Notes under the pieces: generated by a model
Database searches by the model: none
Told to the model about the DNA's origin: nothing
What the model saw: the letters and a program-made list of their open reading frames with translations, nothing else
Assembly (NCBI GenBank): GCA_963791045.1
Contig: CAWBQK010000018.1
Location: 134,405-198,404 of the forward strand
DNA length: 64,000 bases
Source of the DNA: Candidatus Latescibacterota bacterium
GTDB taxonomy: Bacteria; Krumholzibacteriota; Krumholzibacteriia; WVZY01
Direction: 5' to 3'
Made by a program: the position numbers and the translations under genes
Part shown: one piece after another, positions 32,613 to 42,920 of the stretch
Position numbering within the stretch: the first letter of the stretch is position 1
How the letters are laid out: every line of letters starts with the position of its first letter

Positions 32613-33740
32613 ATGGCGAAACGCGACTATTATGAGGTTCTCGGCGTAGACCGGAGCGCCACGAACGACCAAATCAAAAAGGCTTACAGAAAGCTCGCCC
32701 TCGAATTTCACCCCGATCGCAATCCGGGTGATTCCACGGCTGAAGAAAATTTCAAAGAGGCCACGGAAGCGTACGAGATTCTTCGCGAGGCGGAGAAGCG
32801 GTCGCTGTACGACCAGTATGGCCACGCGGGTGTTTCGAACCAGGCCGGGGCGGGCGGTGCGTACGGGTACGGCGCGGACTTTGATCTGTCCGATGCCCTC
32901 AGGGCGTTCATGCGCGATTTCGGATCGTTCGGGTTCGGCGATGTTTTTGGCGGCGCGGGACGAGGTGGCGGGCGTGCGAGGCAAAACCGTGGGCACGATC
33001 TGCAGGTCAAAGTGCAGCTCACGATCAAAGAAGTCGCCGAGGGCGTCGAGAAACAGATCAAGGTAAAGAAACAGGTGTCATGCGATGAATGTGCGGGGTC
33101 GGGTGCGCGCGCCGGTTCGACGGCATCGGTGTGTGACACATGCGGCGGCGCCGGTCAGGTCAAAAATGTCCAGCGATCGATATTCGGACAGTTCGTCAAC
33201 GTGGTCGAATGTCACAAATGTCACGGGCAGGGCAAAGTGGTTACAGATCCTTGTGGCGGGTGCCGGGGGACGGGAACCGTCCGCGGGAGCGAGACGGTTA
33301 ATGTCAAAATACCCGCCGGTGTGTCCAGCGGCAATTATATCACCATCGCGGGGGGCGGAGATCTTGGCCAACGCGGGGGGACAAAGGGCAATCTCTATGT
33401 CATTATAGAGGAGACAACCGACGATCTGTACGAACGGCATGGAAACGACATCCTCATGGACCTGCCGCTCACAATCAGCCAGCTCACCCTCGGGACAAAG
33501 GTGGAGGTTCCCACCCTCTCGGGCAAGGTTCTGCTCAAGGTTCCGGCGGGAACCCCTTCGCACAAGATTTTTCGCCTGAAGGGAAAAGGAATCCCGAGAC
33601 TCAATAGTTACGGAAAAGGCGACCAGATGGTTCGGGTCATCGCGTGGGTTCCCGAACGTCTGACGGGCGAAGAAAAGAAGTTGTTCCAGGAACTCGATAA
33701 GTCTCTCTCCTCGAAGGTGCCGCCTCCGGGCGTGCACTGA
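32613..33740 (+). CDS. dnaJ: Chaperone DnaJ
   Basis: J domain HPD motif, G/F region, four CxxCxGxG repeats. Confidence 0.97.
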   Translation: MAKRDYYEVLGVDRSATNDQIKKAYRKLALEFHPDRNPGDSTAEENFKEATEAYEILREAEKRSLYDQYGHAGVSNQAGAGGAYGYGADFDLSDALRAFMRDFGSFGFGDVFGGAGRGGGRARQNRGHDLQVKVQLTIKEVAEGVEKQIKVKKQVSCDECAGSGARAGSTASVCDTCGGAGQVKNVQRSIFGQFVNVVECHKCHGQGKVVTDPCGGCRGTGTVRGSETVNVKIPAGVSSGNYITIAGGGDLGQRGGTKGNLYVIIEETTDDLYERHGNDILMDLPLTISQLTLGTKVEVPTLSGKVLLKVPAGTPSHKIFRLKGKGIPRLNSYGKGDQMVRVIAWVPERLTGEEKKLFQELDKSLSSKVPPPGVH

Positions 33741-33750
33741 GCGGACTTCC

Positions 33751-34476
33751 ATGGGCGGCGATTCCTCTCATCGTTTTTTGTTCTACGAACCGGAACTCGA
33801 TTTGCGGTCCGAGGCGGTTGTGCTTGAGGGCGATGAGTACCGTCACCTCGCCCGCGCGCTTCGGGTGCCCGTCGGCGAGACGGTCTACGTGACAAACGGC
33901 CGTGGCCTCATCGCAATCTGCCGCGTCGAAGCGGTCGACAAACGGAGCGCGAGCCTGGCCGTCACCGGTATCGAAGAGGAACGACGTTCGTTTGCGGGCA
34001 CAACGCTGGCCCTGGCCTGTCTCAAGAAGGACGCTTTTGAGAGGGCCGTCGAACAGTGTACCGAGCTTGGGATTTCGGAGATCGTCCCGTTTGTGTCGCA
34101 GAAAGCGCACCTTAAGGATTACTCGCCGAGTTTTCTCGAGCGGCTTGAGAGAATCGCGCTCTCGGCGATCAAGCAGTCTTTTCAGCCGACAATTCCCAAA
34201 ATCCGAACGGTGATTCCGTTCGAAGACGTTCTTGAATATGTGAAGCGATCACCTGTCGCGCTGGTCGGCGATCCCGAAGGGAAACCGCTCGAACCCGTTG
34301 CCGTGGATGGGGCAAGGCTGATCGTTATTGGACCGGAGGGCGGTTTCTCCGATACGGAGCATGATCAATTCGCCGAAGCCGGGGCCGAGTTTGTCAGTGT
34401 GTCCCGGTTCAGGTTGCGCGCGGAGACGGCGGCGGCGGCGATCGCGACCGTGGTCATGTCAACTCGACCCGATTGA
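33751..34476 (+). CDS. rsmE: 16S rRNA m3U1498 methyltransferase
   Basis: HLARALR, TELGI, IGPEGGFS, LRAETA. Confidence 0.92.
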   Translation: MGGDSSHRFLFYEPELDLRSEAVVLEGDEYRHLARALRVPVGETVYVTNGRGLIAICRVEAVDKRSASLAVTGIEEERRSFAGTTLALACLKKDAFERAVEQCTELGISEIVPFVSQKAHLKDYSPSFLERLERIALSAIKQSFQPTIPKIRTVIPFEDVLEYVKRSPVALVGDPEGKPLEPVAVDGARLIVIGPEGGFSDTEHDQFAEAGAEFVSVSRFRLRAETAAAAIATVVMSTRPD

Positions 34477-34586
34477 CATCCCGCGGGATTTTCCCCTAGA
34501 CTGGTCGAGCTGATTGGTCGAAAAATAGAATACACAAAGAGTTGGTTCCGGTGTCTAGTCGCCTTCAGAGGGAAGGGTTCGCTGTT

Positions 34587-35036
34587 ATGATTTCCAAAAC
34601 GCTTACCGAAGACATGAAGAGCTCATTGAAAGCGGGCGACAAGGTCAAGCTCGGGGTGATCCGCATGGTCCTCGCGGAACTTCAGAACGCGAAGATCGCG
34701 GCGGGTGAGGACTTGACCGAAGAGCAAGAACAGAAGGTTGTCGCCGCGTACGCAAAAAAGCGCAAGGAAGCGATGGAAATGTACCAGGATGCGAACCGGG
34801 CCGACCTCGTCGAAAAAGAAAAAGTCGAGTACGATATCACCGTGTCGTATCTGCCGCCGCAGTTGGATGAAGACGAGTTGAAAAGAATCGTCGCGGCAAA
34901 AATCGAGGAAACCGGTGCGGCGAGCATGAAGGATTTTGGCCGCGTGATGAAAGCGGCGATGGCCGAGGTGGGGAGTCGTGCGGATGGGACAGCGGTGTCC
35001 GCGATGGTTAAGAAAATAATGAGCGAACAAAATTGA
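34587..35036 (+). CDS. GatB/YqeY domain protein
   Basis: DMKSSLKAGDK, YLPPQL, DFGRVMK, ADG; TTGACA-N18-TAGACT promoter at 34473-34502. Confidence 0.9.
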   Translation: MISKTLTEDMKSSLKAGDKVKLGVIRMVLAELQNAKIAAGEDLTEEQEQKVVAAYAKKRKEAMEMYQDANRADLVEKEKVEYDITVSYLPPQLDEDELKRIVAAKIEETGAASMKDFGRVMKAAMAEVGSRADGTAVSAMVKKIMSEQN

Positions 35037-35043
35037 GGTTTTA

Positions 35044-35580
35044 ATGGACGGCGTGACAATTACGAATATGGCGCTTATCGGAGTCCTTTTTATTGGGACC
35101 GCCGTGGGATTTGCAAAGGGATTCCTCGAGCAAGCCCTTGAATTTGTCGGTGTGATTGGTGCGTTTGTTCTCGCGATCCTTCTTGGGGGACTGTTCGCCA
35201 ATCTTCTCGAGAAGCAGTTTTCGATGCCGTACTCGCCGGCACTGGTGATCGCATCGATCGCGCTGTTCTTTTTCGGTTTGGTTTTGACGCACTTTGTCGC
35301 GAAAGGTATCGGGAAGGTCGTCAAGATGACGCTGCTTGGGTGGGTCGACCGGTTTGCCGGAGCGTGCCTGGGCCTTATCCTCGCGATGATTATTTCGAGT
35401 CTGCTCATCTCCGTCACGCTCGAGCTGCCGATTCCGAGGGATGTCCAGCAGGATGTGAGGAAAGCGTCGGTCAGCTTGTTCCTGCGCCCGATCGCCGGGC
35501 AAGTTTTCAACTTCATAGTGGCGCACGGACCCAAAGCGGTCCATTTTGAAGAGATCTTCAAGAAGAGCGATTCCGTTTAA
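35044..35580 (+). CDS. cvpA: CvpA family membrane protein
   Basis: GFAKGF...LGWVDRFAGACLG, four TM segments; upstream of mutS2. Confidence 0.82.
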   Translation: MDGVTITNMALIGVLFIGTAVGFAKGFLEQALEFVGVIGAFVLAILLGGLFANLLEKQFSMPYSPALVIASIALFFFGLVLTHFVAKGIGKVVKMTLLGWVDRFAGACLGLILAMIISSLLISVTLELPIPRDVQQDVRKASVSLFLRPIAGQVFNFIVAHGPKAVHFEEIFKKSDSV

Positions 35581-35643
35581 CCCGCGTTCCTGTCGTCTTT
35601 ATTTCGAAAGAAACGTTCTAGATTTATCGCCTGGAGCCAATCG

Positions 35644-37998
35644 ATGAACCGCGATACCGATAGGCCGGTGTCTTTCGCGCATGCCGGAGAAATACTTGAT
35701 TTTGAATCGGTGTTGGACATCGTTGCGTCGAAGTGCGTGAACGACGGGGCGCGGTGTCTCATTGCCGGGCTGCGACCCGGCACGGATGCGGATGCGATCT
35801 CGAGGGCACTTCTGGACATCGAGGAGGTCCGGGGTTTCCACAAGGCGCGGGGCAACCTGCCGGTGCCGCACACCGAGTCGAAGGAATGGATCGAAAGAGC
35901 GCTCGACAAGAACGAGGTGATTTCCGCGGAAGGGTTGCTGTCGATTGCCTCTGTCGAGAAATCGGTTCTCGAAATCAAACGGCTTCTCGTCGAGGATTTT
36001 CCTTATCCCCGTCTCGAACGCGTCATATCAAAGATGGTTCCGAACCGCGATCTGGTCGAGGATGTTGAACGCGCGATAGACCGGGATGGTTCGATCAAGG
36101 ACAAGGCGAGCGCGCATCTCGCGTCGGTGCGCAAATCCATCGGCCGGGCGAGCGACGAGCTTCGACGGCATGTGGCGGGTTTGAGCAAATCGTATGGTTC
36201 GTCCGACTTCGCCACGTTTACGGGGTCGCGGCATGTTCTGCTCGTGCCCCGGGACAAGTGTCGCAAGAAGGAAGGGATCGTCCATTCCGCTTCGCATTCG
36301 GGTGGATCGCTCTATTTCGAGCCGCTTTCGCTCGTCGAACGCAACAACTCTCTCGAAACGCTCCTCCATGACGAACGGGTGGAAGAGGCCCGGATACTGA
36401 ACGATCTAACCGCCAAAGTGTCGGGACGCGCGGAGGAGCTGTTTGCAAACATCGGTCACATCGAATGGCTGGATGCGTTGAACGCAAAAGCGAAGTTCGC
36501 CGAAGCGTTCAAGTGTTTGAGTCCCGCCGTGTCGACGGAGAAGGCGGTCCGCCTCGTAGAAGCGAGACACCCGCTGCTTGAGATGTCGCTGAAGGAAGGC
36601 CCGGGGGGCGGATCGATTGTACCGTTGAATCTCGAACTTGCTCCCGGTTCCCGGGTACTTGTGATAACCGGCCCGAATGCGGGCGGCAAAACCGTGTCGT
36701 TGAAAACACTCGGTCTTGCCGTATTGATGTTTCAAAGCGGGCTGCCCGTTCCGTGCGCCGATGGGACAGAACTTCCGCTTTTCTTGTCGATTCATGTCGA
36801 TATCGGCGACGAACAATCAATCGCTACATCGCTGAGCACTTTCACGTCGCACCTCAAACATCTCGACCGGATGTGCCGGCAGTCGGACGATGGGTCGTTG
36901 TGTCTAGTCGATGAAATCGGCTACGGTACGGATCCCGATGAGGGAGCGGCGCTTGCGATCGCCGCGCTCGAACGGCTGCAGACGAAGGGCGCTTACGTGG
37001 TGGCTACCACGCACTATGGCAAGGTGAAGTCCTACGCGTTGACCGCGGAAGGGATCAGCAACGCGTCGATGGCGTTCGACGAGAACAACGACAACCCTCT
37101 ATACAAACTTCTGCAGGGTACAGCGGGCCGCAGCCGCGGGATCGAAACGGCGAAACGGCTTGGTTTCGATCCGTCCGTTGTCAGTCACGCCGAGTCGCTC
37201 GTCGGCCAGGATGCGTTCCGGCTCGAGAGCGTGCTGAGCCAGCTCGAGTCGAGCCAGCTTGCCCTCGAACGGGAACGCGAGGCGCTGCGCGCGCAGTCGG
37301 AGGTTTTGAACAGGCTCTTCACTTCCTACAACGAGAAAGAGAGAGCGCTCGTTGATTTCAGGGAATCGCACGAAGAGAAAATTAAGAAAGATGTCGAGGA
37401 GATGGCGCTGCAGACGCGTAAAGAAATCGAATCGATTGTGAAACAGATCAGGGAGACACAGGCCGAAAAGAGTGTGGTCCGCGAGGCGCACCGCCGTGTC
37501 AAACAACTGATCAAACGCACGTCGGAAAAACCAAAACCGCAACCGGCGGCGTTCGTCGCCGTGGGTGACACGGTGTCGCTCAGCCCGTCGGGCGACCCGA
37601 GCGGAACGGTTATCGAAATCGGAAAAATCGCTGCTATAGTCGAAATAAAGGGAAAGAAACTGAGTATAAAGAAGGGCAACCTTTATAAGGTTGCGTCAAA
37701 GGAAGATAATCGGCCGCATGGAGACTTTCCGGTCCATGTCACGGCTGAACCTCTCGAATCCACATCGGTGGATGTGCGGGGGAGGGAAAAGATGGAAGCA
37801 ATCGAAGCGGTCGACATTTTTCTCGACAGGGTGGTCTTGAGCGGCGTCCGCGAAATCAAGATCATCCACGGGGTGGGCGAAGGGGTGCTGCTGAAGGCCG
37901 TTCGCGAGCTGCTGAAGAGCGACTCCAGAGTGGGGGAATGGAGACCCGGTGGGCAGGGTGAGGGTGGCGTCGGCGTCACGATTGTTCGTATGAAGTAG
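35644..37998 (+). CDS. mutS2: Endonuclease MutS2 (Smr domain)
   Basis: ITGPNAGGKT, DIGDEQSI...LSTFTSH, DEIGYGTDPDEG, TTHY, IIHGVGEGVL. Confidence 0.93.
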   Translation: MNRDTDRPVSFAHAGEILDFESVLDIVASKCVNDGARCLIAGLRPGTDADAISRALLDIEEVRGFHKARGNLPVPHTESKEWIERALDKNEVISAEGLLSIASVEKSVLEIKRLLVEDFPYPRLERVISKMVPNRDLVEDVERAIDRDGSIKDKASAHLASVRKSIGRASDELRRHVAGLSKSYGSSDFATFTGSRHVLLVPRDKCRKKEGIVHSASHSGGSLYFEPLSLVERNNSLETLLHDERVEEARILNDLTAKVSGRAEELFANIGHIEWLDALNAKAKFAEAFKCLSPAVSTEKAVRLVEARHPLLEMSLKEGPGGGSIVPLNLELAPGSRVLVITGPNAGGKTVSLKTLGLAVLMFQSGLPVPCADGTELPLFLSIHVDIGDEQSIATSLSTFTSHLKHLDRMCRQSDDGSLCLVDEIGYGTDPDEGAALAIAALERLQTKGAYVVATTHYGKVKSYALTAEGISNASMAFDENNDNPLYKLLQGTAGRSRGIETAKRLGFDPSVVSHAESLVGQDAFRLESVLSQLESSQLALEREREALRAQSEVLNRLFTSYNEKERALVDFRESHEEKIKKDVEEMALQTRKEIESIVKQIRETQAEKSVVREAHRRVKQLIKRTSEKPKPQPAAFVAVGDTVSLSPSGDPSGTVIEIGKIAAIVEIKGKKLSIKKGNLYKVASKEDNRPHGDFPVHVTAEPLESTSVDVRGREKMEAIEAVDIFLDRVVLSGVREIKIIHGVGEGVLLKAVRELLKSDSRVGEWRPGGQGEGGVGVTIVRMK

Positions 37999-38007
37999 GA
38001 GAACCAC

Positions 38008-39762
38008 TTGCAGATCCCGCAGGAAACCATAGATGAGATCCGTCAACGGGCCGACATTGTCGAGGTCGTATCCAAGTTCGTCGAACTTCGACGGGCCGGA
38101 TCCAATTACAAGGGGCTATGTCCTTTTCACGAGGAGAAGACCCCCAGTTTTATGGTCAGTCCGGACAAGCAAATCTTTCATTGTTTTGGGTGTGGGCGTG
38201 GCGGAAACGTTTTCACATTCTTGATCGAAACCGAGGGTGTCAGCTTTCCCGAGGCCGTGCGGGCGCTCGGCAAGCAGTACGGTGTCGAGGTGGCGGAACG
38301 CAAGATCCCCGACGAGGTCCGGTCGCGTAACGACGCTTTTTTCCGAGCCAACGAATTTGCCTCCACCTTTTATCAGAAGGTCTTGATGGATGAGCGCGCC
38401 GGGGAGCGGGCCAGGCGGTACCTTCTGTCGCGCAAGATTCCACGCGAGGCCTGGGAGGAATTTCAGCTCGGTTACACCGGCGAGGTGAGCGATTGGCTGT
38501 TCAGATCGGCGAAGAAGAACAATATTCCACTCGATGTTCTCCGCGAATTGAGGCTGATACTATCTAGTGACCGAACAAGAAGTTATATCGACTACTTCAG
38601 GGATCGTCTGATGTTTCCGATTCACTCACCGGCCGGGCGCGTCGTCGCCTTCGGGGCGCGGACCCTCACCAAGGACTCGGAGCCTAAGTATCTCAACTCG
38701 AGCGACAGCCCCGTGTACTCCAAGAGGCGGACTCTTTTCGGGCTCCACAAGGCGCGCGAGACGATCAGGCAGAACCGCGCCGCCATTGTGGTCGAAGGGT
38801 ACACCGACTGCATCGCCCTTCATGTGAACGGTTTTCCGAACGCCGTGGCAAGCTGCGGCACGGCGATCACGGGGGATCATGCGGGTCTCTTGAGGCGGGT
38901 CACCCAGAAGATCATCCTCATCCCCGACTCGGATAACGCCGGTCTCGACTCGGCCCTTGTTTCGGGCGCTGTTTTTCTGGGGGCCGGAATGGACGTAGTC
39001 GTGGCCAAGCTCGATGCGGGTTTGGACCCAGATACGGCTGTAAATGCCGTTGGGGCAAAGAAATTTGAGAAAATTCTGGGCGGTGCGATGGATTATTTGC
39101 AGTTCCTTGACTATATTATGAAGGACAGGCCCCTGACGCCTCGTGAGAAAGAGGCAATTATCCATCGAATCACATCGGGGCTGGCCGATTTCGGCGACCG
39201 GCTCCGTTACGAGGTCGTCGTGCAGGAAATGGCCGGGGTCCTGAAAGTGGATCCTGAAACACTCCGTAAGAAAGTCCGGCCGAGGACGGCGGGGGGCGAA
39301 AAGAAGGAAACACCGTCCTCGGAGATAAGCCGGGAAGCGGCAAACCGGGCTGAACTCGAAAAGAACCTCTTGCGGCTTCTCCTCGAAGACACGCCGGAAG
39401 TGGCCGGAGCGCGCGAAAAGCTCGATTCGGACGATTTTTTGAGTGAATCAAGCCGGGAGTTCTACAAACTCCTTGACTCGGCTTGGGAAAATCATATTGA
39501 TATAGGGAGTCAAACGTTTCAACAAAGGGCAGAACGGGTAGGATTAGAGGGGCTTGCGGCAGAAATTGCTCTCATACCAATCCCTCCGGGTGATCTGAAT
39601 AGACTTCTCAAAGATACTCTCAGGCGGATCAAAGAACTAAAGATCCGCGATGAACTCGAAGTTCTACGCGAGAGGTTACGGGATTTACCGGAGGACAGCG
39701 ACGAAGCGGTGGCGGTAGCGGAGCACTATGCGCAGTTAAAACGCGCGCTGTCCGAACTTTGA
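38008..39762 (+). CDS. dnaG: DNA primase
   Basis: CPFHEEKTPSF, FHCFGC, FRDRLMFPI, KYLNS, VEGYTD, DSDNAG. Confidence 0.96.
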   Translation: MQIPQETIDEIRQRADIVEVVSKFVELRRAGSNYKGLCPFHEEKTPSFMVSPDKQIFHCFGCGRGGNVFTFLIETEGVSFPEAVRALGKQYGVEVAERKIPDEVRSRNDAFFRANEFASTFYQKVLMDERAGERARRYLLSRKIPREAWEEFQLGYTGEVSDWLFRSAKKNNIPLDVLRELRLILSSDRTRSYIDYFRDRLMFPIHSPAGRVVAFGARTLTKDSEPKYLNSSDSPVYSKRRTLFGLHKARETIRQNRAAIVVEGYTDCIALHVNGFPNAVASCGTAITGDHAGLLRRVTQKIILIPDSDNAGLDSALVSGAVFLGAGMDVVVAKLDAGLDPDTAVNAVGAKKFEKILGGAMDYLQFLDYIMKDRPLTPREKEAIIHRITSGLADFGDRLRYEVVVQEMAGVLKVDPETLRKKVRPRTAGGEKKETPSSEISREAANRAELEKNLLRLLLEDTPEVAGAREKLDSDDFLSESSREFYKLLDSAWENHIDIGSQTFQQRAERVGLEGLAAEIALIPIPPGDLNRLLKDTLRRIKELKIRDELEVLRERLRDLPEDSDEAVAVAEHYAQLKRALSEL

Positions 39763-39774
39763 ACGAGGTGAGCG

Positions 39775-41523
39775 ATGGACAAATTTGACGACGTGTTGGA
39801 AGACATCCGACGTGTAGCCGAAGATAAAGGCTATATCCTCAACCATGAAATCGACACCCTTATGGGGCGCGATTTCTCTCCCGAGGATATCGTCGCTCTA
39901 TATGATCGACTCAGTGAAGAGAAAATCGATTATTTTGATACTGAAGAGAAAGCGCTCCTCAAAATCGAGGCCAAGAAACGCCGGGCCGAGAAAGAGGAGA
40001 CCCAGAAGGAAGAACTTCTGAAGACCGTAATTCGGTACGATGACCCCGTTCGTATGTACCTCAGGGAAATGGGCAAGGTCCCGCTGCTCGATCGTGAAGG
40101 TGAGGTTCAACTCGCCAAGCGGATTGAGGAAGGCCATCTTATGGTCGCGAGGGCCGTGTTTTCTCTGGATGGACCGATTCGTGAGCTTCAGAATCTCGCC
40201 GAGAAGGTCGAGGAAGCGGAGCTACGTCTCGATGAAGTCGTCCAGGTGGAAACCGGCGGTCTCCATCCTCACTATACCGGCAAGAAGGAACGGCAGAACC
40301 GTTTCCGGCCCATCCGCAGGATCGCCCAGCTCCGCAAGGAAATCGTCAAATTTCAGAAGCAGGCGAAGCTGAAAAAGAACGCCAACAAGCTTCCCAGTCT
40401 CCAGCGGTCAATTGACCTCAGGCAGACCAAGCTCTTTGACGAATACCTTAAGCTCCAGCTCAATCCAAAACAACTCGAACGGATCGTCAACATGATCCGC
40501 GAGACCGAGGATCAATTCAACGAACTCGACAGCCAGTCGCGCGAGTACGAGAATTTTATCGGGTTGTCGTACGATGGGCTTCGGGGCGCCATCAAGAAGC
40601 TCAAGAGCTACAAGCGCAAGCGGAGTCTCAAGATTGAAGGCAAAGGAACCTGGTCTCTTGAGATGCTCGAGGATTTCGAGCGCAAGATGAAGCAGCTCCG
40701 CAAAGATCTCGGTAAACTCGAAAAAGCCGAGAACGTGTCGATCGAAGATCTCAACAATCTTGTGGATTCTATCGACAGAGGCGAGTACCAGAGCGACAAA
40801 GCCAAACGTGAAATGATCGAGGCGAACGTTCGTCTCGTGATTGCCATCGCCAAACGGTACACCAACCGCGGGCTTGAGTTTCTCGATCTGATTCAGGAAG
40901 GGAACAGCGGGCTCATGCGGGCCGTGGACAAATTTGATTACCGCAAGGGTTACAAGTTCAGCACCTATGCCACATGGTGGATCCGGCAGGCCATCACGCG
41001 CGCGATAGCGGACCAGGCGCGGACGATCCGTGTGCCGGTCCATATGATCGAAGCAATCAACAAGGTGTCGCGGACCGCGCGAAAACTCGTACAGGAGAAT
41101 GGCCGCGATCCGACACCCGAAGAAGTCGCAAAGAAGCTGGCGTACCCGGTGGACAAGGTTAAGAGCGTTATGAAGGCGAGCATGGAGCCGATTTCGCTTG
41201 ACCGGCCGATAGGAGAAGATGAGGATAGTAACCTGTCCGATTTTATCGAGGACACCGGTGCAGCGTCACCGGCGCAGACCGCCGCCCACGCGATGCTCCG
41301 CGAGCAGCTCACAAAGGTACTGAGCACGCTCACTCGTCGTGAGGAGAAGGTGATTCGTCTGCGGTTCGGACTCGGCGACGGAACGCCGCGGACGCTCGAA
41401 GAAGTGGGAACGATATTCAACGTGACCCGCGAGCGTGTGCGCCAGATAGAAGCGAAAGCGCTAAAGAAACTTCAGCACCCAAGCCGTGCCAGGAAACTCA
41501 AGGGGTATACCGACATCGTGTAG
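39775..41523 (+). CDS. rpoD: RNA polymerase primary sigma factor
   Basis: [58 protein letters not shown]. Confidence 0.97.
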   Translation: MDKFDDVLEDIRRVAEDKGYILNHEIDTLMGRDFSPEDIVALYDRLSEEKIDYFDTEEKALLKIEAKKRRAEKEETQKEELLKTVIRYDDPVRMYLREMGKVPLLDREGEVQLAKRIEEGHLMVARAVFSLDGPIRELQNLAEKVEEAELRLDEVVQVETGGLHPHYTGKKERQNRFRPIRRIAQLRKEIVKFQKQAKLKKNANKLPSLQRSIDLRQTKLFDEYLKLQLNPKQLERIVNMIRETEDQFNELDSQSREYENFIGLSYDGLRGAIKKLKSYKRKRSLKIEGKGTWSLEMLEDFERKMKQLRKDLGKLEKAENVSIEDLNNLVDSIDRGEYQSDKAKREMIEANVRLVIAIAKRYTNRGLEFLDLIQEGNSGLMRAVDKFDYRKGYKFSTYATWWIRQAITRAIADQARTIRVPVHMIEAINKVSRTARKLVQENGRDPTPEEVAKKLAYPVDKVKSVMKASMEPISLDRPIGEDEDSNLSDFIEDTGAASPAQTAAHAMLREQLTKVLSTLTRREEKVIRLRFGLGDGTPRTLEEVGTIFNVTRERVRQIEAKALKKLQHPSRARKLKGYTDIV

Positions 41524-41559
41524 GGGCCCCGGTCGGCCAGAGGGCTGCAGGGAAAAAGG

Positions 41560-41636
41560 GGGCCCATAGCTCAGTTGGTTAGAGCTACCGGCTCATAACC
41601 GGTTGGTCCCAGGTTCGAGTCCTGGTGGGCCCACCA
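41560..41636 (+). tRNA. tRNA with CAT anticodon, probably tRNA-Ile2 (lysidine); elongator Met not excluded
   Basis: GGGCCCA/TGGGCCC acceptor, CCGG-CTCATAA-CCGG anticodon arm, GGTTCGAGTCC T arm, ACCA end; position after rpoD as for E. coli ileX. Confidence 0.92.
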
Positions 41637-41640
41637 TCTC

Positions 41641-41672
41641 AAAAAGCCGACACCCTTCGGGTGCGGCTTTTT
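41641..41672 (+). terminator. Intrinsic terminator after the tRNA (bidirectional-type)
   Basis: AAAAAGCCG-A-CACC-CTTCG-GGTG-CGGCTTTTT. Confidence 0.8.
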
Positions 41673-41715
41673 GTATGTCGTTTAGAGCCGACACCCTTCG
41701 GGTGCGGCTCAAACG

Positions 41716-42100
41716 ACACTAAAAGAAGAGAAGGCAGGGATGCGGCTATTCGTTGGCACTAGAGAACACTAAAAGAAGAGAAGGCAGGGATGCGGCTATT
41801 CGTTGGCACTAGAGAACACTAAAAGAAGAGAAGGCAGGGATGCGGCTATTCGTTGGCACTAGAGAACACTAAAAGAAGAGAAGGCGGGGATAGAGCTATT
41901 CGTTGGCACTAGAGAACACTAAAAGAAGAGAAGGCGGGGATAGAGCTATTCGTTGGCACTAGAGAACACTAAAAGAAGAGAAGGCGGGGATAGAGCTATT
42001 CGTTGGCACCAGAAAACACTAAAAGAAGAGAAGGCGGGGATAGAACTATTCATTGGCTCCATAAAATACTATAAAACTGGAAGGCCGGTATAGAGTCAAT
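41716..42100. repeat. 50-bp tandem repeat array, 7 units plus a degenerate 8th
   Basis: Unit AGAGAACACTAAAAGAAGAGAAGGC(A/G)GGGAT(GCG/AGA)GCTATTCGTTGGCACT in exact 50-nt register (41761, 41811, 41861, 41911, 41961, 42011). Confidence 0.95.
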
Positions 42101-42290
42101 AGTGGGGTTTGAGCCGCGCTCGAAGAGCGTCGGCTCGAAACGCCACGAAAAGAGGAGAAGACACGGATGTAGTCGACCGAAGACTCGAAACTCGATGGTC
42201 GAGAAGAGAACGGAATTTATTTCGGAGGCGGGTTTGCGTTATAATGACGCAATTGAAATCGACCCATAACCCAAACACTGCGCGGAGATC

Positions 42291-42692
42291 ATGGTATTAA
42301 AAGTTGACGTCTCGGCCGGCGAGTTTCTGGACAAGATAACCATTCTTGAAATCAAGTCCGAGCGGATAAAGGACGAGGAGAAGCTCCGGAACGTTCACAA
42401 GGAGCTCGATCTGCTACGTAAGATCTGGGTGGAATCTCCGTTGAGCCAAAACGACGTGTCTTCGCAGGTGGGGGATCTGAAGAGAGTCAACGAGAGCCTG
42501 TGGGAGATTGAGGATAAAATCCGCCTCAAGGAGGCCGCACAGAGTTTCGACGACGAGTTTGTCCAGCTTGCCCGGTCGGTGTACAAGATCAACGACGAGC
42601 GGGCCTCGATCAAGCGCCAGCTCAACCGCATCCTTGGGTCGGAGTTGACGGAGGAGAAGTCCTATGCGGATTACACGCCTCCGGCGGCGTGA
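42291..42692 (+). CDS. DUF6165 family protein
   Basis: VSAGEFLDKITILEIK, LWEIEDKIR, ARSVYKINDERASIKR, EEKSY. Confidence 0.82.
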   Translation: MVLKVDVSAGEFLDKITILEIKSERIKDEEKLRNVHKELDLLRKIWVESPLSQNDVSSQVGDLKRVNESLWEIEDKIRLKEAAQSFDDEFVQLARSVYKINDERASIKRQLNRILGSELTEEKSYADYTPPAA

Positions 42693-42760
42693 TGTCCGCG
42701 CCTGGGGCGTTGTGGGTCTTGCCCTTGACTCCGGGGCGCGGCCTGGCGTATAGTGGATCC

Positions 42761-42920
42761 TCTTAGCCGCCGAAGGTGAGCGGCAGGAGTCGTTTCAGTC
42801 AAGAGAGACCAATGCGCGTGAAATACCTTATGAGAACAATTCGATGCATGCTCGGCACAGAAACGGCCGGGTGCGCTCGGGCTATGTGAGCTTCTCTGCG
42901 AAGAGGGGCTCATTTTTTTT
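42761..42920 (+). ncRNA. Candidate ~160-nt structured RNA (sRNA or attenuator leader)
   Basis: Promoter TTGACT-N18-TATAGT (42725-42754), long-range pairings, terminator TGAGCTTCTCT-GCGA-AGAGGGGCTCA plus T8. Confidence 0.5.

Noticed and set aside
41753-41780. CIRCE or sigma54 sites within the tandem repeat (TTGGCACT)
   Set aside because: Only a half-site: no GAGTGCTAA arm at N9 spacing and no TTGC at the -12 position.
41716-42100. CRISPR array
   Set aside because: Units are contiguous near-identical 50-mers with no unique spacers, and no cas genes are in the window.
42761-42830. Glycine or SAM-I riboswitch (CCGAAG, TCAAGAG words)
   Set aside because: The other conserved elements (GGAGA...CTCTCAGG; GGAGGGA...GGCAACC) are missing.
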